NCBI RefSeq assembly: GCF_052938775.1
Contig: NZ_CM129038.1
Length of the DNA: 32,000 bases
Direction: 5' to 3' (one strand)
Below the pieces are notes generated by a model. That model had not been told where the DNA came from and made no database searches. It saw only the letters and a list, made by a program, of their open reading frames with translations. Shown piece by piece: positions 1 to 8,665 of this stretch (its first letter is position 1; each line of letters begins with the position of its first letter). The position numbers were made by a program, and so were the translations under genes.

Positions 1-120
1 ATGACGCCCGATATTACGCCATACATAGAATATGACTACCTTGACCGTCAGGGTGTTTACAACGGCAGAGATAATTTATCGGAAAACAGTTATCGCATTG
101 GTGTGTCATTTAAACTGTAG
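1..120 (+). CDS. nanC: 3' end of KdgM-family N-acetylneuraminate outer-membrane channel gene (partial, starts upstream of window)
   Basis: Frame 1 is open from base 1 to TAG at 118-120. The tail ...NSYRIGVSFKL looks like a beta-barrel C-terminus. It lies directly upstream of nanM-nanS, as in the E. coli nanCMS operon. Confidence 0.7.
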   Translation: MTPDITPYIEYDYLDRQGVYNGRDNLSENSYRIGVSFKL

Positions 121-139
121 TAGACAGGAGACAGTCACA

Positions 140-1246
140 ATGAATAAAACAATAACGGCGCTTGCTATCATGATGGCTTCATTTGCCGCAAACGCGTCTG
201 TATTACCGGAAACTCCTGTGCCATTTAAAAGTGGTACCGGAGCAATTGATAACGACACTGTCTACATTGGTTTAGGTAGCGCAGGTACGGCATGGTACAA
301 GCTGGATACACAGGCCAAAGATAAAAAATGGACAGCGTTAGCTGCATTCCCTGGTGGACCAAGAGATCAAGCAACCTCGGCATTTATTGATGGTGATCTG
401 TATGTGTTTGGCGGCATTGGCAAAAATAGCAAGGGCTTGACTCAGGTATTTAATGACGTACACAAATACAACCCCAAAACCAATAGCTGGGTTAAATTGA
501 TGTCGCACGCGCCAATGGGCATGGCGGGCCATGTGACTTTTGTACACAACGGCAAAGCTTATGTTACTGGCGGTGTTAACCAGAATATCTTCAATGGCTA
601 TTTTGAAGATCTCAACGAGGCTGGAAAAGATTCAACCGCTATAGATAAAATCAACGCTCACTATTTTGACAAAAAAGCAGAAGATTATTTCTTCAATAAG
701 TTTCTGTTGTCTTTTGATCCCTCAACCCAGCAATGGAGTTACGCTGGCGAATCTCCCTGGTACGGAACGGCTGGTGCGGCGGTTGTGAATAAAGGTGATA
801 AAACCTGGCTTATTAATGGCGAAGCCAAACCCGGATTGCGAACGGATGCCGTATTTGAACTTGATTTCACCGGTGATAATTTAAAATGGAATAGGCTTGC
901 TCCCGTCTCATCACCAGATGGCGTCGCTGGCGGTTTTGCGGGGATAAGCAATGATTCTCTTATATTTGCCGGAGGGGCCGGATTCAAAGGTTCACGAGAA
1001 AATTACCAGAACGGTAAGAACTATGCGCATGAAGGCCTGAAAAAATCATATAGCACTGATATTCATCTTTGGCATAACGGGAAATGGGATAAATCGGGTG
1101 AATTATCGCAAGGTCGGGCCTACGGAGTATCATTGCCCTGGAATAATAGTCTATTGATTATTGGCGGTGAATCTGCAGGCGGCAAAGCGGTGACGGATTC
1201 AGTTTTGATCTCTGTGAAGGATAATAAAGTCACAGTACAAAACTAA
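140..1246 (+). CDS. nanM: N-acetylneuraminate epimerase/mutarotase (periplasmic Kelch-repeat protein, YjhT)
   Basis: ORF 32..1246. The internal ATG at 140 is preceded by AGGAG (126-130) and starts MNKTITALAIMMASFAANA, a signal peptide. This gives 368 aa with Kelch-like repeats. I recognise it as NanM. Confidence 0.93.
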   Translation: MNKTITALAIMMASFAANASVLPETPVPFKSGTGAIDNDTVYIGLGSAGTAWYKLDTQAKDKKWTALAAFPGGPRDQATSAFIDGDLYVFGGIGKNSKGLTQVFNDVHKYNPKTNSWVKLMSHAPMGMAGHVTFVHNGKAYVTGGVNQNIFNGYFEDLNEAGKDSTAIDKINAHYFDKKAEDYFFNKFLLSFDPSTQQWSYAGESPWYGTAGAAVVNKGDKTWLINGEAKPGLRTDAVFELDFTGDNLKWNRLAPVSSPDGVAGGFAGISNDSLIFAGGAGFKGSRENYQNGKNYAHEGLKKSYSTDIHLWHNGKWDKSGELSQGRAYGVSLPWNNSLLIIGGESAGGKAVTDSVLISVKDNKVTVQN

Positions 1247-1251
1247 CGCTT

Positions 1252-1274
1252 CAGGGCCCCGGTAAAGGGCCCTG
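1252..1274 (+). terminator. GC-rich hairpin between nanM and nanS (possible attenuator or weak terminator)
   Basis: cagggccc (1252-1259) pairs with gggccctg (1267-1274) around a 7-nt loop, 6 nt after the nanM stop. The T-tract is weak (ctatcaatttg). Confidence 0.3.
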
Positions 1275-1309
1275 CTATCAATTTGTCATTTCAATTACGC
1301 GAAAATTAT

Positions 1310-2290
1310 ATGAACGCAATAATATCGCCCAATTATTACTATGTTCTTACCGTTGCTGGTCAGTCTAATGCCATGGCGTATGGCGAAGGACTGCCATTAC
1401 CGGACAGGGAAGATGCGCCTCATCCCAGAATCAAACAATTAGCGAGATTTACGCATACGCATCCCGGAGGCCCGCCATGTCACTTTAACGACATTATTCC
1501 ACTGACTCACTGCCCACACGATGTTCAGGATATGCAGGGTTATCACCATCCTCTGGCAACGAATCATCAAACACAGTACGGCACCGTTGGCCAGGCACTG
1601 CATATTGCACGGAAATTACTGCCCTTCATTCCTGATAATGCAGGGATTCTCATCGTCCCGTGTTGCCGTGGCGGATCGGCTTTTACCGCGGGCAGCGAGG
1701 GGACATATTCAGAACGGCACGGAGCCAGCCATGATGCTTGTCGTTGGGGAACGGATACCCCGCTCTACCAGGATTTAGTCAGCAGAACGCGAGCCGCACT
1801 GGCAAAAAATCCGCATAACAAATTCCTCGGCGTATGCTGGATGCAAGGCGAATTTGACTTAATGACCAGTGACTACGCGTCACACCCTCAACACTTTAAT
1901 CATATGGTTGAAGCCTTTCGTAGGGATCTAAAACAATTCCATTCTCAGCTTAATAATATTACTGCCGCGCCGTGGTTTTGCGGCGATACCACCTGGTACT
2001 GGAAAGAAAATTTCCCTCATGCGTATGAAGCTATTTATGGCAATTATCAAAATAATGTTTTAGCCAATATTATTTTCGTCGACTTCCAGCAACAAGGTGA
2101 AAGAGGACTGACGAACGCGCCTGATGAAGATCCGGACGATTTAAGCACGGGATATTTCGGTTCAGCGTACCGGTCAGCGGAGAACTGGACGACGTCACTG
2201 CGAAGCAGTCATTTCAGCGCGGCAGCCCGTCGGGGGATTATTTCTGACAGATTTGTAGAAGCAATTTTGCAGTTTTGGCGCGAAAGGTGA
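1310..2290 (+). CDS. nanS: 9-O-acetyl-N-acetylneuraminate esterase (YjhS)
   Basis: ORF 1283..2290. The ATG at 1310 gives MNAIISPNYYYVLTVAGQSNAMAYGEG... (326 aa), a SASA/SGNH-like esterase in the nanCMS context. Confidence 0.9.
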   Translation: MNAIISPNYYYVLTVAGQSNAMAYGEGLPLPDREDAPHPRIKQLARFTHTHPGGPPCHFNDIIPLTHCPHDVQDMQGYHHPLATNHQTQYGTVGQALHIARKLLPFIPDNAGILIVPCCRGGSAFTAGSEGTYSERHGASHDACRWGTDTPLYQDLVSRTRAALAKNPHNKFLGVCWMQGEFDLMTSDYASHPQHFNHMVEAFRRDLKQFHSQLNNITAAPWFCGDTTWYWKENFPHAYEAIYGNYQNNVLANIIFVDFQQQGERGLTNAPDEDPDDLSTGYFGSAYRSAENWTTSLRSSHFSAAARRGIISDRFVEAILQFWRER

Positions 2291-2426
2291 GCGGGGAGTT
2301 TATTCATGGGGGATGTCCTTGTCCATTCCCAGAGCAGACAACAAAAAACAAATGAGATCAAGGTAATATCTCTTCACTTGCGGGCTCGAACAGCAGGCAA
2401 TTGCCAATATAATAATCTGGCACAAG

Positions 2427-2667
2427 GGTGAAAAACGCGCACCGCATAAACCGTTGTTATTGCTTACAGATTAGCCGGATGCCTTAATAGACATCCGCGC
2501 CTTTTCGGTTATGGCTCGGAAATCTACGAACATCTACACAGTTTACTGGAACGTTTTGGGCCACAGCGTTCGCAGCACCGTCCTGATATGCCGTTCTGGC
2601 GATTATAAGTCGACGGATTCTGGCAAATAGACGATGATGATATGCTTAATGATGTTCAAAGAAATTA
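2427..2667 (+). pseudogene. Degraded ORF resembling the N-terminal DNA-recognition domain found in HNH/type IV-like restriction proteins
   Basis: Hand translation gives GEKRAPHKPLLLL, then a frameshift, then ...CLNRHPRLFGYGSEIYEHLHSLLERFGPQRSQHRPDMPFWRL*VDGFWQIDDDDMLNDVQRN*. It has a frameshift and an in-frame TAA. The APHKPLLLL and PFWRL..DGFW motifs are recalled from restriction-associated domains. Confidence 0.3.
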
Positions 2668-2784
2668 GGCCATTATTATATTATTGCTTGCATTTTCTTT
2701 CATTCCTAAAAGCACCCGCCATTAATCCCAGGCGCATTATGCAAAGGAAAATGATTAGGTAAACAATAAGATTTATAATCAGGA

Positions 2785-2817
2785 AAGGCGACTCGCAATA
2801 AAACGGAAAGTCGCCTT
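2785..2817 (-). terminator. Hairpin downstream of yjhR (candidate intrinsic terminator)
   Basis: aaggcgact (2785-2793) pairs with agtcgcctt (2809-2817), a 9-bp stem with a 15-nt loop. On the minus strand it lies about 55 nt after the yjhR stop and is followed by TTCCTGATTATAAATCTTATT. Confidence 0.35.
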
Positions 2818-2872
2818 AACATTGGTAAAATATGCCCTTTACTACTCCTGTATCATGAACGGCTCATCACAT

Positions 2873-4066
2873 TTAAAGCTGACGTTGATCCAGACTACCA
2901 TATATTGCCTTTATTTCATTTTTTACGCCTTCGCCACGGTACACCAAAGACGTATCGTATCGTTGATACTTATCTTCCCGTGCAGCACTGAACCAGTTAA
3001 AAGATCCGACACACAGCAGTTCTTCATCCTCAATCACAATTTTGCTGTGGACACGATTAACCAATTTCGTAGCGATACCCATCTTATTGAGCTTTTCAAC
3101 AGCATCATTCAGCAGATGTTGTTTCTCCTGACGCTTATCATCATCGACATGCGCTATATTGCAGTTTTTATCCGTCACCACGGTAATATCAATGCCCCGG
3201 GAACGGGCCAAAGCCATTGATGCCAGAAATCCCGTTTGCTCCACTTTTTGCCAAGATAACCAAGGGGAAATAATCGTTATTTTCTTTTGAGCTCCGGCAA
3301 GAGTCTTGTTCAAAAATCCATCATGCTGCTCCACACCATGCAGCGTTGAAATTTGTGTATGTGCGGAAATTAAATCCTGTCGTTTCTGAAACTCAAATTG
3401 CAACGCATTATTATCTGAAGAAAAGAGATATTTTGCCAATAACCCTCGCGGCGAAAATGCGGGCTGCATCTCGATAAGGTCCATATCGCCAAATACCAGA
3501 AAACTATCTTTAGCGCGTGAGACAGCAACATTGAGGATACTGCTGTTGCTATCAAGAAACCTGCCATCTTCATGTTTTGAGTAGACAGGAGAAAAGAGAA
3601 CAATCGCCCTTTCCGCCCCCTGCAAGGAGTGCACAGTCCCCACTGTCAGTGAACCCTGCTCGTCTTTGCCATTAATTTCCAGCTTACGCAATGACGTTTT
3701 GATAGCATTAACCTGCGCCGAAAATGGCGTCACAACACCAACAACTTTGTACAGTGGTTCCCCGTAATGGCGCTCTATATCATCCTTATGTGCCACCAGC
3801 CATGCTGCTATTGTTTCAGCTTCAAGAGGGTTATAACGGCTTCCTCCATTTGGCTTCATGCCTCTACCATCAATATGTAAATATCCCATTGCGGGGAAAA
3901 TCGTCCCTTTTTCCATCCCTCTTTTAGGCTGCAACTTACCGTGATAGCAAAGTGAGTTACAGTAGCCGATGATGTTATTGAAACAGCGACGATGCTCATA
4001 CAGATACATTCCGCGCTCGAACTTGGGATCATACTGGTAGTGAGAGTTGAACTGGGCTACCTGCAT
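2873..4066 (-). pseudogene. yjhR: Truncated SF1 (Upf1/Dna2-like) helicase C-terminal domain fused to a PLD/HKD nuclease domain (YjhR-like remnant)
   Basis: The 397-aa ORF contains helicase C-terminal motifs ([24 protein letters not shown]) followed by an HKD motif ([19 protein letters not shown]). There is no N-terminal ATPase domain. In the same frame just upstream of the ATG I read ...[14 protein letters not shown] preceded by a TAA, which looks like a stranded Walker-A remnant. Confidence 0.8.
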
Positions 4067-4149
4067 TACGCTGCCAGATGCTGCACTTTTTCCAGACCCA
4101 TTTATTATCGAATACGGTGACCGCCTGAGCGGCCACCTTTAATCGTGGG

Positions 4150-4476
4150 CAGTTACACAGAATTATTTACAGGGCCTTGCTGGGAGTTCTTACACTTGCT
4201 CGCGATATTCAATTGGCCATTGTCAACAAGATGACGCAGGTTTTGATTGGTGATATCTATTTACGTCAGCAATGCGATGTGTTTTGGCTCGGCTATACCA
4301 TCAGTCCCGCTTATACTCGCCAGGGATATGCAATTGAAGCAATTACCGCCACGATTGACTGGATAAAAGAGAACGGTTTTTCACTCATCAAAGCCGGTGT
4401 GAATCCGGAAAATACCCTTTCAAAAAAATTACTTATCAGGATTGGCTTCAATTTTTCGAGCATCGAAGATGGGTGA
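4150..4476 (+). pseudogene. yjhZ: C-terminal fragment of a GNAT (RimJ/RimL-like) N-acetyltransferase
   Basis: ORF 4177..4476 has a TTG start and no proper N-terminus. It encodes ...IGDIYLRQQCDVFWLGYTISPAYTRQGYAIEAITATIDWIKENGF..., a GNAT core fragment. The position matches my recollection of the K-12 yjhZ pseudogene. Confidence 0.5.
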
Positions 4477-4713
4477 GCATATTTATGTTCTGGATTAAAC
4501 AAAAGGAGAATAATCTCCCGAAGGGAAAAGCCGATGAGGCCATTTCAGGCGTACTTCAACATGCATTCGTCAGTGTCATCTGCCTTTTCCAGTAAATGGG
4601 TTGGCATTCAATTTCCAAAGTACATCACACTTTTTCTACTGAAACATATCCCTCCTATAACTACGTGTTAATATTCGCTCCGTAAATACCTTTCAACTCA
4701 ACCCGAGGCTTTG

Positions 4714-4740
4714 ATGCTGGAGAATGTAATCATCCGATAA
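4714..4740 (+). CDS. toiL: 8-codon leader peptide in the topAI 5' UTR (antibiotic-sensing uORF)
   Basis: atgctggagaatgtaatcatccgataa encodes MLENVIIR*, 139 nt upstream of the topAI ATG. It matches my recollection of the published ToiL peptide. Confidence 0.6.
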   Translation: MLENVIIR

Positions 4741-4834
4741 TCAGTTCCCCGACCTTTTCAGGCCGGACTGATTATCAATGCGCCGAAATCGAATGCGGAC
4801 ACCGCGGTGTGTTTGCACGTTTTGCACATGATGA

Positions 4835-5110
<276 letters not shown>

Positions 5111-5121
5111 GGAGAGTTTCG

Positions 5122-5673
5122 ATGACAGCACACCACTTCACTTTTCAAATCACAGATGAAAGTGATGCCAGTGATATCCGGGAAGTCGAAACCCGCGCAT
5201 TTGGCTTCAGCAAAGAAGCCGATTTAACGGCCTCTTTACTTGAGGATGAAAGCGCGCGCCCTGCGTTATCGCTGCTGGCCCGACATGAAGGCAAAGCCGT
5301 CGGGCATATTTTATTTACCCGGGCAACCTTCAAAGGGGAAATGGATTCACCGCTGATGCATATCCTCGCTCCCCTGGCAGTCATACCGGAATACCAGGGG
5401 ATGGGCGTGGGAGGACGGTTGATACGCACTGGCATCGAGCACCTGAGGTTGATGGGCTGCCAGACGGTTTTTGTTCTCGGCCACGCCACCTATTACCCCC
5501 GACATGGGTTCGAACCCTGTGCCGGAGACAAAGGCTATCCGGCACCTTATCCCATCCCGGAGGAGCACAAAGCCTGCTGGATGATGCAAGCACTCACCGC
5601 TCAGCCCATGAACGTGACCGGCCACATCCAGTGCGCGCAGGCCCTGATGAAACCGGAGCACTGGCGTGAATAA
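5122..5673 (+). CDS. yjhQ: GNAT acetyltransferase, TopAI antitoxin partner (YjhQ)
   Basis: The ATG at 5122 is preceded by AAGGAGAG. The 183-aa product has a GNAT core (QGMGVGGRLIRTGIEHLR). Confidence 0.9.
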   Translation: MTAHHFTFQITDESDASDIREVETRAFGFSKEADLTASLLEDESARPALSLLARHEGKAVGHILFTRATFKGEMDSPLMHILAPLAVIPEYQGMGVGGRLIRTGIEHLRLMGCQTVFVLGHATYYPRHGFEPCAGDKGYPAPYPIPEEHKACWMMQALTAQPMNVTGHIQCAQALMKPEHWRE

Positions 5674-5724
5674 CAATCTTGTTGTGCCCTTTTTAATGCT
5701 TAACCCAATAACAGGAATTAACTA

Positions 5725-6471
5725 ATGGATATTCCACGTATTTTTACCATCAGTTAAAGCGAACACCGCATCCACAACCCGTTCACCGAAGAGAAGTACG
5801 CCACGCTGGGTCGCGTGCTGCGCATGAAACCAGAGACCCGAATTCTGGACCTCGGCAGCGGCTCGGGCGAGATGCTCTGCACCTGGGCCCGGGATCATGG
5901 CATTACGGGGACTGGAATCGACATGAGTTCGCTCTTCACCGCGCAGGCCAGACGCCGCGCGGAAGAACTCGGCGTCAGCGAACGCGTACATTTTATTCAT
6001 AATGATGCGGCGGGTTACGTCGCCAATGAAAAATGTGACGTAGCAGCCTGCGTTGGCGCGACCTGGATTGCCGGAGGCTTTGCCGGGACAGTCGAACTGC
6101 TGGCGCAGAGCCTTAAACCGGGCGGGATCATGCTCATCGGTGAACCTTACTGGCGTCAGCTTCCGTCAACGGACGAGATAGCCCAGGCCTGTGGCGTCAG
6201 CTCGACGACCGATTTTCTGACGCTACCAGGGCTTGTCAGCGCGTTTGACGACCTCGGCTACGACGTGGTGGAAATGGTACTGGCGGACCAGGAAGGCTGG
6301 GACCGATATGAGGCCGCGAAATGGCTGACCATGCGCCGCTGGCTGGAGGCCAATCCTGACGATGACTTCGCCGCCGAAGTCAGGGCCGAGCTAAACATCT
6401 CGCCGAAACGCCACGTAACGTACGCGCGGGAATACTTTGGCTGGGGCGTGTTCGCACTCATCGCTAGGTAA
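5725..6471 (+). pseudogene. yjhP: SAM-dependent methyltransferase YjhP with an in-frame TAA at codon 11 (possible restart at 5815)
   Basis: The ATG at 5725 (AGGA upstream) reads MDIPRIFTIS then TAA (5755-5757). The same frame continues SEHRIHNPFTEEKYATLGRVLRMKP... into ORF 5815..6471, which carries the SAM motif ILDLGSGSGE. Confidence 0.75.
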
Positions 6472-6598
6472 CAACAGGTTCCCGGTATTTCTGACTGGAG
6501 ATACTGGGGGCTTAGCCTTTGCTTTAATCTGATGCATCACCTGCACAATACATATTCAGTATGTTTATTAATCAAGATGTCACCATAAGGAGCATCAT

Positions 6599-6859
6599 AT
6601 GTCACAACATGAACAGTTCTGTCAGGCTTGCGGAATGCCGATGTCGGCACCAGATGCACACAGTGCCAGTGATCAATATTGTGCGTACTGCAGCTACAGC
6701 AACGGCAATCTCAAACCCTGGGAAGAAGCGGTATCAGGTTTAGCCAGCTTCCTTGATTCCTGGCAAAAAGTCGGCCCGGAGGAAGCACATAAGCGTGCAA
6801 AACGTTATCTGACGGCAATGCCAGCCTGGGCTCATAAAGCGGAGAGTGATTTGAGCTGA
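6599..6859 (+). CDS. yjhY: Small zinc-ribbon protein (CxxC...CxxC), YjhY-like
   Basis: The ATG at 6599 is preceded by AAGGAG. The 86-aa product is MSQHEQFCQACGMPMSAPDAHSASDQYCAYCSY... The position between yjhP and sgcX matches my recollection of the K-12 yjhY locus. Confidence 0.6.
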   Translation: MSQHEQFCQACGMPMSAPDAHSASDQYCAYCSYSNGNLKPWEEAVSGLASFLDSWQKVGPEEAHKRAKRYLTAMPAWAHKAESDLS

Positions 6860-6896
6860 TTATCTATACTCCCTCTGAATCTATTCAGGAGATCCG

Positions 6897-7034
6897 ATGT
6901 TTTCTTACATTATGCTGGGAACCAACGACCTGCCACGCGCCATTACATTCTAAGATCCGCTGATGGAGATGCTGGGGTATCCACGTGCAGGACGTAATGA
7001 AGAGGGAGCGTCCTGCAACAAAGTGGTGCGATAA
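6897..7034 (+). pseudogene. Remnant of a VOC/glyoxalase-family gene (N-terminal fragment with in-frame stop)
   Basis: The ATG at 6897 gives MFSYIMLGTNDLPRAITF*DPLMEMLGYPRAGRNEEG..., with TAA at 6951-6953. The reading frame ends at 7032-7034, far short of a full domain. Confidence 0.4.
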
Positions 7035-7173
7035 CAGTTACCGCGTTTTATTCATTCTCATTATTTCAACCATAATCACTGGTCTCTCTAGCCCGTAACT
7101 TTCACAAACGTTGAGCGCTTTTATTCCACTCGGCTCACATAATTTTTTATTTGTTCAGCTTTGCGCGTTTTCA

Positions 7174-7189
7174 CGTGAACGTTCTCACA
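7174..7189. promoter_or_regulatory. CRP-like site upstream of sgcX
   Basis: CGTGA-acgttc-TCACA compared with the consensus TGTGA-N6-TCACA (9 of 10). It lies about 70-85 nt upstream of the sgcX ATG and overlaps the 10-bp palindrome ttcacgtgaa (7170-7179). Confidence 0.3.
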
Positions 7190-7257
7190 ATTATTCGACC
7201 AGTCTGCGCCTATAAAACGCTCAACGAGTGATTGTTTTACGGTCTACGGAGATAGCT

Positions 7258-8379
7258 ATGTCATTTTCTGTGCAGGAAACCCTGTTCTCGCTTTTGCAGC
7301 ACAATGCGATTTCAGGACACGAAAACGCTGTCGCTGACGTCATGCTGTGCGAATTCAGGCGTCAGGCAAAAGAGGTCTGGCGAGACAGGCTTGGGAATGT
7401 CGTCGCGCGCTACGGTAGTGATAAACCCGATGCGCTGCGACTGATGATTTTTGCGCATATGGATGAAGTCGGTTTTATGGTGCGCAAAATAGAGCCTTCT
7501 GGATTTTTACGCTTTGAACGCGTAGGCGGTCCTGCGCAGGTCACTATGGCTGGATCCATCGTCACCCTCACCGGGGACAAAGGGCCAGTCATGGGGTGTA
7601 TCGGCATTAAGTCCTACCACTTTGCCAAAGGCGACGAGCGCACGCAGTCACCTTCTGTCGACAAACTGTGGATTGATATTGGTGCCAAAGACAAAGACGA
7701 CGCTATACGAATGGGCATTCAGGTCGGTACGCCTGTCACTCTGTATAACCCGCCGCAACTCCTGGCAAACGATCTGGTGTGCAGTAAAGCACTAGACGAT
7801 CGTCTGGGCTGTACTGCCCTGCTCGGTGTAGCGGATGCTATCAGTACTACGGAGCTTGATATCGCCGTTTATCTGGTGGCTTCGGTACAGGAAGAATTTA
7901 ATATCCGCGGCATTGTTCCCGTATTACGCCGTGTAAAACCTGACCTGGCGATTGGTATTGATATCACTCCATCGTGTGACACCCCTGATTTACACGATTA
8001 TTCCGAGGTCAGGATTAATCAGGGCGTTGGGATCACCTGCCTGAACTACCATGGTCGGGGAACGCTGGCCGGATTAATCACGCCTCCTCGCCTGATACGG
8101 ATGTTGGAACAGACGGCTCTTGAACACAACATTCCGGTGCAGCGAGAAGTGGCTCCCGGCGTGATAACAGAAACCGGTTATATCCAGGTTGAGCAGGATG
8201 GTATTCCCTGCGCCAGTCTCTCTATTCCTTGTCGCTATACCCATTCTCCGGCGGAGGTTGCCAGCCTGCGTGATTTGACTGATTGCATCCGCCTATTGAC
8301 CGCTCTGGCAGGTATGTCAGCAGCACATTTCCCCGTTGAGCCTGATTCAGGCACTACACAAGAGGCACATCCATTATGA
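7258..8379 (+). CDS. sgcX: M42-family aminopeptidase/endoglucanase-like protein
   Basis: ORF 7228..8379. The ATG at 7258 is preceded by ACGGAG and gives 373 aa (MSFSVQETLFSLLQHNAISGHE...). It is the first gene of the sgc cluster. Confidence 0.9.
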   Translation: MSFSVQETLFSLLQHNAISGHENAVADVMLCEFRRQAKEVWRDRLGNVVARYGSDKPDALRLMIFAHMDEVGFMVRKIEPSGFLRFERVGGPAQVTMAGSIVTLTGDKGPVMGCIGIKSYHFAKGDERTQSPSVDKLWIDIGAKDKDDAIRMGIQVGTPVTLYNPPQLLANDLVCSKALDDRLGCTALLGVADAISTTELDIAVYLVASVQEEFNIRGIVPVLRRVKPDLAIGIDITPSCDTPDLHDYSEVRINQGVGITCLNYHGRGTLAGLITPPRLIRMLEQTALEHNIPVQREVAPGVITETGYIQVEQDGIPCASLSIPCRYTHSPAEVASLRDLTDCIRLLTALAGMSAAHFPVEPDSGTTQEAHPL

Positions 8380-8654
8380 AAAAGATCCTTGTGGCATGCG
8401 GTACCGGCATGTCGACTTCAACCATGATTGCACACAAGCTGCAAGAGTTCCTGACTGAACAGGGCATTTCAGCCACTACCGCCCAATGCTGTCTGAATGA
8501 GATCCCTCTTAACTGTAACGGTATGGACCTTATTGTAACCTCCATGCGAACCAACAGTGATTACGGCATCCCTACGCTTAATGGCGCCGCCCTGCTCACA
8601 GGGATCAACGACGACGCGTTAAAACAACAAATCAAGGCTCTGTTAACTCAATAA
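8376..8654 (+). CDS. sgcB: PTS galactitol-family EIIB component
   Basis: 92-aa ORF MKKILVACGTGMSTSTM..., including the active-site Cys. Its ATG overlaps the sgcX stop (ATGA). Confidence 0.9.
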   Translation: MKKILVACGTGMSTSTMIAHKLQEFLTEQGISATTAQCCLNEIPLNCNGMDLIVTSMRTNSDYGIPTLNGAALLTGINDDALKQQIKALLTQ

Positions 8655-8665
8655 AAGGAGGCATT

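Noticed and set aside
32-139. N-terminal extensions offered by the ORF track: nanM from 32, nanS from 1283 (TTG), sgcX from 7228, yjhH from 13845, yjhG from 14734, and the recombinase from 27916 (TTG).
   Set aside because: Internal ATGs with good Shine-Dalgarno sequences give the protein lengths I recall for the E. coli orthologues. The extensions overlap upstream genes or lack an RBS.
2822-3220. 132-aa plus-strand ORF opposite yjhR.
   Set aside because: It is antisense to the helicase-PLD frame, which has clear motifs. It has a hydrophobic low-complexity product and a TTG-type start.
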